From contig JAPEUD010000101.1 in NCBI GenBank assembly GCA_026026165.1, positions 1 to 64,000 on the forward strand: DNA of 64,000 nucleotides, given 5' to 3'. Within the stretch, counting starts at the first letter, position 1; each line of letters begins with the position of its first letter. This stretch comes from Sarea resinae (Eukaryota). The notes under the pieces were generated by a model. It made no database searches. It saw nothing but the letters and a program-made list of their open reading frames with translations, and was not told the DNA's origin. Below, one piece after another: positions 25,921-37,378 of the stretch. The position numbers were made by a program, and so were the translations under genes.

Positions 25921-27338
25921 TCCGGCGGCGCCCTCTCACCAGAACCGTCAGGATTCAGCGATGACCATCGAAGCTTGATCGAGAGGATCTCGGCCGTCGT
26001 ATGTACAGCGGGGAAGGATATCTCATTCCGGTCGAGATGCCATGTTCTCTTTCCAACGGTGGTGGCTTCAACGATCGCGAACACGAAGTCTCTAATTTCC
26101 GGCTCTCAGCTGGGGGATGGCTGGGGTAGACGAAGGGACGGATGGACAGACATCAGGGCAGGGCAGGCCAGGGCGAATCCCGACGGGCCGACGAGCCTAT
26201 GGACCAGGGTGGGCGAGAGATGAGCGACAGGAGAGACCTGCCAGGTACCGGCTGTTTACGGCCGAGTCGAGTACTCTCGCCACGGGGCATGGCGGCGACC
26301 GATACCGCCCCTGAGATGGGATGCAAGTCTCCCAGGGGTCCTGCACGTCTACGACGTCTCCTCCGGAGTACCACCCTCGGGTCGAATTGCTTGTGGTCAT
26401 TTCCATTGGGACTTGCCCGATCACACCGATCACACTGATCACACGGCGCACACGGCGCACACGGATGACTTGGTACCTTGGTGTTTTCGATGTTGCAAGA
26501 GTCGAAAGAGGAAGCTGAAAGAGAACGGTCACCCTCTCTTGCTCTCCCTCTCTCCCTCTCTCTCTCTGTCTCTTTTTCTCTGATAGCCAGAGGAAAGAAA
26601 AGGAGAACCGTCGTCACACACTCTCTCTCTGGGGTGGATACTCTACAGACGTCGCGAGGTACGAGGCATGTACTCGTTCCTCCGTTGGGAACATGATCTG
26701 CAACAAGTACCTTGCTCGTATCGGGCATCGGCCCACCCAGGACGCTGGTCACGCTAGGTCATCTGCAAATCTCACGCGGACGGCAGCATGCCAGTCGAGG
26801 GAGAGGTACTTGTTGCAAGGTTCTCTGCCACGGAACCTTCGCCGATGAGCGACTGCCGATGAGGTACCTCATCCCAACATCCCCAACCTTCTCCTCGGCT
26901 CCTGGCTCCTTCGGCGAGCTGCTCGGGATTTGCCTAAAAAGATCCACGATCAGAGCGTCATAAGGAGTCATCGTCCATCGTCCATCTCTGATGCATCATT
27001 ATTCTGACTCTGATCATCTCTGCTTGGTGACTGCCTATCCTACTGACCCCCCCACAGCATGCACGCGAGGGCGATCGATCCTATCTGGCCAGGCCAGGAA
27101 AAGGAACTGGTCGCTCCTTCTTCTGTTGGCCTCATGTTTGTTGGCCTCATGTTGACGGGCCATCAGTAGAGGAAGCCGACCAACGGACACGCAAATGGAA
27201 ACAGACGCTGAACATCAGCATCTCTCACAACCTTTACTTGCTAGATGCTGATAAACAACAGATGCTAATCGGCCAGACAGTTCAATCATTATTCTCACCT
27301 TCCGACTTCACCCTGCGCCACACCATTCCCAGTCGACA

Positions 27339-28409
27339 ATGCCTCGTGAGGCCATCAATGGTATACAGCTCATCTATTCCAGATTCGAACCTTCTCCGGG
27401 CCTCGGTGTCGTCGAAAAGACACCCATCCTCCTCCTCCATGCCCTCGGCACGACTGACAACTCCTACCAGGACCTCAGCCGCGTCTTTCGCAACAGTAAT
27501 AGCTCCTTCGTTGTGATCCGCAACCTGGGCAGCTGGAGCTCACATCGTCCAAAACTTCCGCTTTCGATCCCCCTCCTCGCGTCTCTTATGTTGGAATTTC
27601 TCGATCGCCTCAGCATCGCCAAGGCCGTCGTGGTGGGACATCACTTGGGCGCGTTAGTGGCAGCTTATATGGCTTCAACGTGGTCTGAGCGGGTCGAGAC
27701 TCTGGTCATGATCGGACCCATTCACCCAGAAAAGCGCCGCTCTGAATATGAAGCACTGATACTGAGGATCACCAAGGACGGTATATCTGATTCTCCCCAC
27801 TCCCACATTCCTCGCATGTCGAGTACCATTTCAAAAGAAGGGACGAAATCCCTACAATCGCTTGGAAGCTTACCGGCATGCGTCACCTGATTAGGAAGCA
27901 TGCGTGACTATGCCAATTCGATCGCTGGTTCACATCTCGGTTCCAAAGCTACCGTCCATCACCGCGCGTGTGTCTACGCTACTTTGGTTGCCTGCCGTGT
28001 TGCTGATTTCATCGCCCAGTGCCGGATCATTGCTGAGGCCGCTGAACCGTTCTACCCGGGCATCATCTGTCCCACCCTCATCATCGGTGGGGCCGACGAG
28101 GCACTGGACCCCAGCGAACGATACGGGGACATCTTGGTGCGACTAGGCAAGGCTAGAATACCTTCGGAATCGGCAGGGATGCCGCGGGGTCAACTCGCGC
28201 ATATACAATTAGTTCCCGGGGTCGGCGATTATCAAGTCATTGAGGCAGGCGAGAAGGTCGGGAAGATGATCGTCGGGTTTCTAGATACCACGGCTCGTGC
28301 TAACACGAATGACACGACTCCGCGTCCCGACGAATCTGCTTCGAGCGTGGAATTGGGCCATGGGGCAGATGGCAAACCCGTGGCCGGCTTTTTCGCGATC
28401 CGAAGCTAG
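27339..28409 (+). CDS. Alpha/beta-hydrolase-fold protein (enol-lactonase-like) with degenerate catalytic motifs; exons 27339-27780, 27895-28409
   Basis: TPILLLHALG, AVVVGHHLGALVAAYMA...VETLVMIGP, CPTLIIGGADE and LVPGVGDYQVIEA occur in the expected order; GT-AG intron 27781-27894 keeps the frame. Confidence 0.78.
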
Positions 28410-29338
28410 CATAACTAAGAAATGTGTCTTTCCAAAAGGCGTTTTCAGTGTCAAGGGAATTCGGTCGAGGGAGAAAGTATTCGGTTACATGTTCAAGTTC
28501 ACGATTCACAGGATATGAAACGAATGATGGAAGAAGAACCAGGGACAGGCAGGAAGATGGCGTTTGGTTCGATTTTTTCGAGGAGCATAAGGAGCGTTTG
28601 GTCCGCCAACATCTTGGCAAGACAGAAGAAGCCCTTCTTTCTTTTACCTTCGTTTCAGGGCGGCTGTTTTGGGGCGTACTTTTAGCATCAAGTGTCTTCG
28701 TTCAAGGGTCAGGATTACGGGGTACCTAGGCTTATCATGGAACTCATTGGATTCAGCATCACATACATGCACGATGAGAGGCGATGAGAGGATAAGCATA
28801 ATGCTGTAGTTTTTCAAAGACTCAAGCTTCAGGGTTTGAATTCCCTCTAGCTTCCAGGCCCTGAGCCGGGCTGAGCTAAGCTGGGCTGGGCTTTGGCTGT
28901 ATCTATAATCCTGAGTCTTTTGGCTCCGCTACTGTCTAAATCATCGCACATACATGCAGCTCCAAAGCGCCTCTCTTCCAAAGACAAAACAGATCATAGA
29001 TATAAGCGACGTGCCATGCCGTGACGTGCCGTGCTGGTCGAATCATTTCTTTCTCTCAATGTAGCGCGCAGCGCGCAGCGCAGATTGCATTTTCCGCCCA
29101 GGGAATTGACGTTGAATGGCCAGCCTACAGGTAAGAGGAAGAGCGCTCACACTCCATACTGGTACTCTCGTTTTATATGACATACACATACAAGACATGC
29201 GCTTGAGACCAGAACAGGTAGGATTTCATTCGTCTCGTTCTCCTTTCACTCTCCATAGCAATCCAGATACACCTAACTCCCACCCACCCACTGAATTACA
29301 GGATCCGCCATCAACCATTCCCTTCATTGGAACTAGCT

Positions 29339-32300
29339 TTACCAAAGCTCGCAAACGGGTTCCTTAATGGGACAGTTGAAAGCCGCCTTGAAATCTCTCG
29401 AGTTGGCCATCGTGCCCTGTATTCGCAAGGAAGATGCCGCGTCAGTCGCGTTATTGAAAGGCACAAAGGGGGCAGCCCAGAATGAAGGAAAAGGAAACTT
29501 ACAATGTTTCTCGCCCACTTCGGCGCGTGAGGATCACTGTAGATCCTACCCCTCGCTGCCTCATCCGTGCTCTTCCCACACCAAAAACTGCCAAATGCGA
29601 CGAAGAACAATTGCTCCCTGGTCAGCCTGCCCTCAAGCCCTGGCAGCAGTTTATTCTTGTCAGGATTGGAAGCCTCGCGCCGTTTCCATGCAGCAAAGGC
29701 AGCGGAGACGCCCCCAGCATCGGCAATATTCTCGCCGAGCGTTAGATTACCATTCACGTGGAGGGGCTTCTGTTGTTCGGAAGCGGACGGGATGGTGAAG
29801 TTTGCGTATTGCGAGGCGAAGCATGAGGCCTTTTGTTCAAAGCGTGAGGTGGTGGATGGTGTCCACCAATCTGTCAGATTGCCTGTGGGGTCATAGTGGC
29901 GGCCAGTGGAGTCGAAGGCTGGATGGCGCATTAGAATCGATCATCTAGGGGTGCAGACGAAAGGTGCAAATTGATTAATCCGCTGGGAAGGCGAGGGCAA
30001 AGGTCGGATTGTGGATAAATATGAGGACAACATCGCTTCAAGACTTACCGTGGGAGAGCTCATGGCCGCTTATGGAGCCAAAGGAGCCATAACTGATGTA
30101 TTCGGGGATGGCGACGTCGAAGACGGGGAATTGCATTATACCCGCTGGAAAGACGATCTTTTTCGAAACGCTCACGTATTAGTCGACTGAATCTTGTAGA
30201 TGCGGGGACAAGTATGAGTACCTCATTCCCTTCAGGAGAATAATACGCGTTGACTGTCGGAACAGTCATGCCCCATCTGTCACGATCAGTGGGTTTGCCC
30301 AGCGCGCTCCATTCACGTTTGGTATCGAACGAGGCGATCGACAGAGCGTTGTCGAAGAATCGAGAGGGTGAAATATTAACAGTGGCGTAGTAGTTCTTCA
30401 AGGCGTCGGGGTTCATGATGTCTGGGCTTTTAGTCGGATAGCCGATCTTCTGCACAAGATTGCGGACTGTATTCTCGTTAGCGATTATGTCCGCTTTTGT
30501 CCTATGCGTTCAGAATGACTTGCCCTTCTCAATTGCAAGCTTGATGACTTCTTTATCCATCCAGTCTGACTTAAGAAGCTTATCGGCAAAGACGTTCCGA
30601 ATGTCAGACACGATGCGATCGCCCAACTGTCTAGCTTCCTCGGAAAATGCTTCTTGCACGAAAAACCGGCTGAGGATCCAGCCCAGTCCGTCATCAACCT
30701 CCCTCACACATTTCCGCCATCGATCTTCCGTAGCATCGGCAGGTTTACCTTGAAGTTCGTTTTTAAACCTCGCAAGGGGCTTGAGGGACTCATCCTCGAT
30801 TTTGGACGCATACGCTTGGATCACCTTCCAGACGAAATATCCTCGGATGGTCTCGCGTGGTGTATGGCTGATGAGGTCTGAAACGGATTCGAGATACTCC
30901 GGGAATCCAACGATCAGCCGTTCGGGCTTGTAGCCTGCAGGTGCGAGATTGGAAATGATGAATGATAGGGACAGTGCAGGTACGAGGGATTGGGCCTCTG
31001 CAACAGTCTTTCGATTGTAGAATTTGGTAATATCATTCGCGTCCTCATTGTTAGGCGATGCCTTGGCGATCTTCTGCTCGAACTCCACGACTCTATATCC
31101 CAGTGGAACACTACGCTCTTGGTCGACAAGGTCCGCGGAGTCTGGATCAAAACTTGGAAAAGGTTCGGGGTTCTGGTTGGACGAGCTTTTCTTTACATCA
31201 AGAACGGCAGTTATGACTTTGTCAACCACGTCCTTGTGCTTTGCTAGGACCTCTTCGTCCTCGTAGTACTCTTTCGAAGGTAATCCCAGGGACCCAGGGC
31301 CTGACAATGAGATCACGATCGTGTCTGGGTCTTTGTCATCAGGCTGCATGTTGTGATTGGTTAGCAAAAGGATTGGTTGCTACGCAGATGCACACGATGA
31401 GGATAGAGGCTGGTCAAACATACTCCAACATCGATCGAAGCAAGCGCCTCAACGCCAATTCCTGTCAGATATAGTATGACATTAGAGACATTGCCTGCTT
31501 CTGATGTCCCTTGGGATTTCTCCGAGTTCAGCAAGTCGTCAATCTTATCGACAATGCCCGTGAGTGGATTCAAGCCAATTTCTTTAATGGCATCTTCATT
31601 CATGCAAGCATCATAAGCATCTTTCAATTTGACAAAGTTGGATCTTTCGGCGGCCGGATAGGGCCGCTCTAGGACGTGGCGTAGTAGCGTTTGAGAGTTC
31701 TGGAAACAATCAGCTATCACCCTTCAGAAAACGATCACTACGAGGATGCGAACTTCATTCATTATAGTGCCCGTAAAAAGCTCTGTTTCATGGTAAGCCC
31801 CTGTCAGATATCGAAAGACTCCGGTGACAAATGCAAACCTCCTTGATCTGGTCGAAGATCGTGCCTCGTACGCCATCCATCGCACACAAAGGCATCAAAG
31901 TCGGTACATGGGTCAACCTCCGTCGGAGAAAGGTTGTAAAGAATCTCGGAAGCGGCATGAACACAAGCGGGATCAAGACAGAGATCAGCAGAGGTGTAGG
32001 GTTGTTCGGGGTCGTGGCGCGCTGACAGAGTTCAGTCGACCGTCTTTTGTCAAGTGGGAGAAGAAGGTGCTTTGTTACCTCGAGGGAGAGCAAAGAACAA
32101 TGCAGCAACAAAGACCGACCCGAACAGGATAGGGACAATCAACACTCGTAAAAGTCTCGGCAGACGGGGGCCAGCAGCCCAAGCCCATCTTCCCTTATAC
32201 GCATCTTGCACCTTCCCGTTCTCGGCCTCTGCGAGCTCCAGCTTGCTGGAGAGGAGAGCAGCGTCTTCGTCATCGATGGAAGGGGATCGCGAATCGTAGC

Positions 32301-32370
32301 GGTCGTCCAGCAACCGGTGACTCTGGACGGATGGATCATCCTTTGCATCCATCTCGAGAGGATGGGACAT
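29339..32370 (-). CDS. M13 family zinc metallopeptidase (neprilysin/endothelin-converting enzyme-like), type II membrane; 9 exons: 32370-32079, 32021-31839, 31782-31754, 31699-31424, 31343-30524, 30466-30222, 30157-30049, 29918-29503, 29416-29339
   Basis: N-terminal TM segment VLIVPILFGSVFVAALFFAL, DPCTDFDAFVCDGW, VNAYY, IVFPAGIMQFP, zinc motif GHELSH|AFD, GENIADAGG, C-terminal FNCP..EPVCELW*. Confidence 0.93.
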
Positions 32371-33048
32371 TTTGGTACGTTCAGGATTGGGAGTATTCTT
32401 ATATTTGAGATTGATCAACCAGATGCCATAGCTAAATGGTCTGGGGAAGCACTATGATCGTGATGGTGATCCGGGGATGCCCTCTATGACATAAGGTCAG
32501 ACATCCGAGGAGTACTCTAGCTACCGTCTCCAGCCCGCGGCGATTGCCGCAATGCAGGTCTCTTCCTCGAACCCCCGCAAGATGAGCATGATGGTCGACG
32601 GAGGAAGCACGCTTTCATAGTGCTGGAAAGGGGGGCAGGTTGGACTCTATTGTTTGGGAATCGCAGATGGAAAAAGACCATTTGCTACACGTCGGGCATT
32701 GAGGTTCATGGCGATTTGATCCCCTCAGGCCCTTTCTTTGACCATGGAGCCCGGCTGATCGAGGTACGGATACCAACCGTAGCAAAGGGCCTAGCCATCA
32801 TGTCCCTACCTACCCACCACCCAAAGCTCGCCGCCGCTGCAGTGATCCGCCGCATCTACTTCAGTACTGACATACCTGACATCCATACCTGACGTGCCCC
32901 ACAAGCAGGTCCGGAATCATAAGGGCACATCGCCATCCAGGCCGCAATGATATAGACCCAGCGCCGAGAGTATCCTTCCCATCATCCACCGTCGCATTGC
33001 AGTATCCTACCCGCGAGGAGCTCATGCTCCACTCAATTTCGTCCCGCC

Positions 33049-35667
33049 ATGGATATCGGAGATCCCCACAGCGAGGATGAGGGCGGTCTCGAGGAATCTC
33101 CAAAGCCCCGACAGCTTCCCGATGATTTGCCAAAATCTCTCGATGACAGAAGGACAGCCCCGACCTACAGCGGCGAGACCGAGATTTATGACGCATGGCA
33201 AGGTACGCATTGATTTGTTCATCAGGGTCCCGCAGCTGCTCAACAAAAGACAGGACAATCACAGTTCCTCACGACCCCGGTACCAGCGCGTCCGCTGAAC
33301 TTTAGCCTCTCCCTCGATGACTCTTACGAAGATGAGCACGCTGCTCGAACACTCGAGGACAGCGACAGTCGGCTCATGGAAATGCTGGCCGCCCAGGCCG
33401 CCCATAGAGAGGATGGTTCAGCCGCGGAGGATGAGGACTCCATCATAGATAACCAAAAGCTCTCGCATAAGGAGAAAATGGAAATGCTCCAGAAGTCGTT
33501 GAACATGGCCGCCAGTAATGGAGATGTGGACAAGATCAAGCGTCTTGTGAACGGGAGAGCCAAAGACTTCGTCGACGTGAACGCACCAGATGAGGAGGGT
33601 ACCGCTCCTTTAATCTATGCTAGTTGCTTTGTAAGAGCTTTCCGAGAATTATTTATGGGTTGAGATTGTGCTTACGAATAGTCAGGGCCACCAAGAGGTT
33701 GTCACAGCTCTAATAGATGCTGGTGCAGACGTGGACAAGCAGGATCGAAATCAATGGAGTTCGCTGATGTGGGCCATGACAAACAGGCATAAGAATATCG
33801 CCAAGGCTTTGCTCGATCACGGAGCGTCACCAGAGGTCAAATCCTCGTCCGGTCGGACTGCTTTCGATTTTGTTGCGCCAAATAGTGAGATTTCAGATTA
33901 TCTTCACGAGAGTGGCTACAATATCGGCAATGCTGGTGTGGGCGATGATTTCTATAGTACCGGCTTCTCTCAGGATCGATTCGAGGAGGAAATGGCGGAG
34001 AACGAATTAAAAAGGCGGATGATGATGGAAAGTGCTATCAATCTTGAAGTAGATCTTTCAAGTTTAGGGCTTGACGAGCAACCGGAGGTAGATACCATTG
34101 CTGCCAAAAAAATGTATTTGACCACTAACTTGAGCAGTCTCCCGAGGAACTTGAGGAAGAGGGTCAAGAGTTTGTCTGGGACAAATGTCTCAATGACCAA
34201 ATGTTCGTTTTCCAGGAGAATGAATTAGAGCCAATTCTCGACATTATCATCACCAACATGACCCCCCAAAGGTCTCCGTCTCAGAAGCCTGTCCCTGCGA
34301 ACATCCTTTTTCTCAGCGCAAGATATGCGCATTACCACTCAAGTCCTGAGCTACTGGCGACGCTATTAATAACAGCAATGGACAAGATCAATGACGTGGT
34401 CGAGCGACATCAGTGGGATATGACTATATTAGCCTTTTGGATCTCCAATGCAACCCTCCTTCTGCACTACCTCAAGAAGGATGCTGGTCTTATGGAGTCG
34501 ACCACTGTCTTCCAGCTACAACTTGCTGAGCTCATCAACGAGATATTCATACTCATCATCCGAGACGCCGAGCGAAGAATGGATAAAGTCTTGGATGCTG
34601 CTATATTGGATCATGAAACGATACCCGGATTTGAAGACGTTCATTTCCAAAACGAATGGAAGCTCTTCCGGTCGAAGAATAAGGTGAAGGCGCCAGAGCC
34701 AATGGAAAAGCGATTTCGTCCGCCCTCCCCGAAGAGAAGGGCACAAACGTCTCCTCGAAACATCACATCTCTTCTCTCCTCAACCCTCTTTGTGCTCGAT
34801 TTATACGACGTCCATTCTGTCATAACTGTGCAGACACTGGCTCAGCTGCTCTACTGGCTAGGTGCCGAGCTTTTCAATCGGATAATGTCTAACCGTAAGT
34901 ACCTAGCACGAACGAAAGCTATGCAGATACGGATGAATATATCGGCTTTGGAAGATTGGGCAAGATCCAACAACCGCCAGCCGGAACACTATGAGAGCGG
35001 CTCGATGACTTCAACAGGCGAGAATACTGTCGAAGCTGCAAGACGGCATCTTGCCCCCGTAGTACAGCTCTTGCAATGGCTTCAGTGTTTCAGCTCGCTC
35101 GGTGAAGATTTCGAATCTCTCGTTGGGACCTTGCAGCAGTTACCTCGGCTCACGCCACTCCAGCTCATCCACGCTGTGAAGCACTACCGACCCGAAGTGG
35201 GCGAGAAGGGTCTCTCGAAAAGTGCGATGAAATATCTCGTCAGCCTCCAGAAAGAGATCACCGATCGGAAGGAGAAACAACGAAGGATAGCAGCGTCCCC
35301 GAAACCACCCAGCGTATCAGCTTCGAATTCAGCGGTCAACACACCCGTCAAGAGCAGTCAGGCATCTGCACCTTCTTCCCCCTCTCCAAACAGAACGCTA
35401 TCTCCCAATGAAGCATACTCGGACGACGAAGACGCGCCCGATGACCTGCTCGTGGATCCTGCCTTGATGCTACCATTTTCTCTGCCTACGTCGACAGATA
35501 TGCTTGTGAGCTACGGTGCAGGTTTTGGAGGCTTGAACAGGGAGCGGGAGAGGAAGTATATCCCTACGGTGCCGCCCGAGTTTCTTGCCAAGTTGGATGT
35601 GAACGGACAGCGGAACGGGAGCACTTATGATACCATTCAATGGAACGACGGGGAGGACGAGGGTTGA
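33049..35667 (+). CDS. Ankyrin-repeat and DIL (dilute) domain protein; exons 33049-33202, 33254-33630, 33686-34087, 34138-35667
   Basis: Ankyrin motifs GTAPLIYASCF|GHQEVVTALIDAGADVDKQD and WSSLMWAMTN; DIL-like QLLYWLGAELFNRIMSNRKYLARTKAMQIRMNISALEDWAR; all introns GT-AG. Confidence 0.88.
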
Positions 35668-35949
35668 TGCATGCAAAAGCGCGGGTGTCTTTGATGATGA
35701 GATTCGGAACAATGTTGATTAGCTGTATGCATGATGGGCGTCTGCATCAGGATTGATGAGACATGATTTCATAATTCCATCTCCCAGTGAGGTTCACAAC
35801 AGATGGTCTACATGATTCTTGTTGACTGCGAATGAATGTGGAACGCGGGCTCAGAGAAGTAACGGGTGCCATCGAATAGGAGATGTCATTACTTGGTGAC
35901 TTGGTAGTAATTCGTACCGCTAAGTGGAGATTAGTCGATAGTGGGGTTT

Positions 35950-35963
35950 TCGGGGGGTTCCGA
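35950..35963. promoter_or_regulatory. TCGG-N6-CCGA inverted repeat (UaY/Ppr1-type Zn2Cys6 site) upstream of allantoicase, with HGATAR sites at 35936-35941 and 36039-36044
   Basis: Sequence TCGGGGGGTTCCGA about 250 bp upstream of the likely allantoicase ATG; exact match to the consensus. Confidence 0.65.
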
Positions 35964-36214
35964 AGGGAATGGCGGGGCAGCCCCGACTTCCAAGCACTGG
36001 ACCCCTCCAAATCCAATTCCATCCCTCCGATATCGTATCGATAGCGACTTTAGATTAGTCTGGTTTTCGAAGACGTGCTCAACAGACCTGCTTCACTAAC
36101 CTCGTGAGTCAATTTTCGATTCTTTTGGTCGTCTTGCCCTTTGATTCTTCCATATCTAGAATCGTCATCTTGCGAATGGAGGTCCAAGTGCTTCCACCAG
36201 AACTCATCGACAGC

Positions 36215-37378
36215 ATGGCCGCCATAACAGCGGCGGACTCCTCGACGGGCATTCGCTCAATCGCAGCTGATGACATCGACAAAACATTTTCGGGTTCGAT
36301 AGGTGCGTGCTCAAGATATGAATCACTGGAAGACAAGGCCTCTAATCCCCCGTGGTCTGCTGTAGACCTCATTTCCAAGCCCCTCGGGTCCCGCATCCTC
36401 GCCCTCTCAGACGAATGGTTTGCCGCCGCCGAAAACCTTACCACGCCCACCCCGCCCGTCCGCAAACCCGGCGTCTTCACCCACGCCGGTGCCTGGTATG
36501 ACGGCTGGGAGACGCGACGACACAACACCGAACCCGCCGATTGGGTTATCATCCGCCTCGGTGTCGCGAGCGGCAAGGTGGGAGGCGTGGAGATCGACAC
36601 GGCATTCTTCAACGGAAACCACGCGCCCGAGGTCGGGGTGGACGGGTGTTTCAACGACGACGACGACGCGGCAGTCCTCGACAAGGCGTTCGATAAGTGG
36701 GAGACGATCCTGCCCAAGCAGGAATGCGGGCCCTCAGCACGCCATGCGTGGCAGTTCCCCCTGACGCCAAAACCATACACGCACGTCCGGCTGCTCATGT
36801 ACCCGGATGGCGGAATCGCGCGCTTCCGGCTCTACGGCCACGTTTTGCCCATCCTCCCGCCGCTTTCGGCGACCGGGCCCGAGGGCATCTTCGACCTCGC
36901 GGCCACGGTGAATGGCGGCGTAGCCGTCTCGTGCAGCGACCAGCATTTCGGCCGACGTGAGAACCTCCTGCTACCGGGCCGCGGCGTCGACATGGGCGAC
37001 GGGTGGGAAACAGCGCGATCGCGAGGGAAAGGCCACATGGACTGGGTGATTGTGCGGCTCGGCGCCGCCGGCGAGATCTCGAAGATCGTCGTCGACACGG
37101 CGCATTTCCGGGGCAACTTCCCGCAGACCGTCCGGGTGGAGGCTATCGACAGGCCGGCGCAGGATGAGAAGAGCCGAATCCCATCTGCGGACGAGGCCGG
37201 CTGGACGACCATCATCCCATCGCTAAAGTGCGGGCCGGATAAGGAACACGAGGTCGATGCTTCGGCACTCGAGAATGTCAAGGGCACGTCGTACACGCAC
37301 GTCAAACTTGTCATCATCCCCGATGGCGGCGTGAAGCGGTTCCGTGTCTTTGGAAGACGCAGCCCTGCCCGTGCTTGA
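36215..37378 (+). CDS. DAL2: Allantoicase; exons 36215-36302, 36366-37378 (alternative start ATG at 36176)
   Basis: Two allantoicase repeats: SDEWFAAAENL...WYDGWETRRHN...DWVIIRLG...IDTAFFNGN...YPDGGIARFRLYG and CSDQHFG...MGDGWETARSR...VDTAHFRGNFP...IPDGGVKRFRVFG. Confidence 0.95.
   Translation: MAAITAADSSTGIRSIAADDIDKTFSGSIGACSRYESLEDKASNPPWSAVDLISKPLGSRILALSDEWFAAAENLTTPTPPVRKPGVFTHAGAWYDGWETRRHNTEPADWVIIRLGVASGKVGGVEIDTAFFNGNHAPEVGVDGCFNDDDDAAVLDKAFDKWETILPKQECGPSARHAWQFPLTPKPYTHVRLLMYPDGGIARFRLYGHVLPILPPLSATGPEGIFDLAATVNGGVAVSCSDQHFGRRENLLLPGRGVDMGDGWETARSRGKGHMDWVIVRLGAAGEISKIVVDTAHFRGNFPQTVRVEAIDRPAQDEKSRIPSADEAGWTTIIPSLKCGPDKEHEVDASALENVKGTSYTHVKLVIIPDGGVKRFRVFGRRSPARA

Noticed and set aside
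37364..37378. Allantoicase C-terminal -ARA as a peroxisomal PTS1
   Set aside because: Lacks the terminal Leu/Met, and the stop context TGA TTC is not the TGA CTA readthrough motif.
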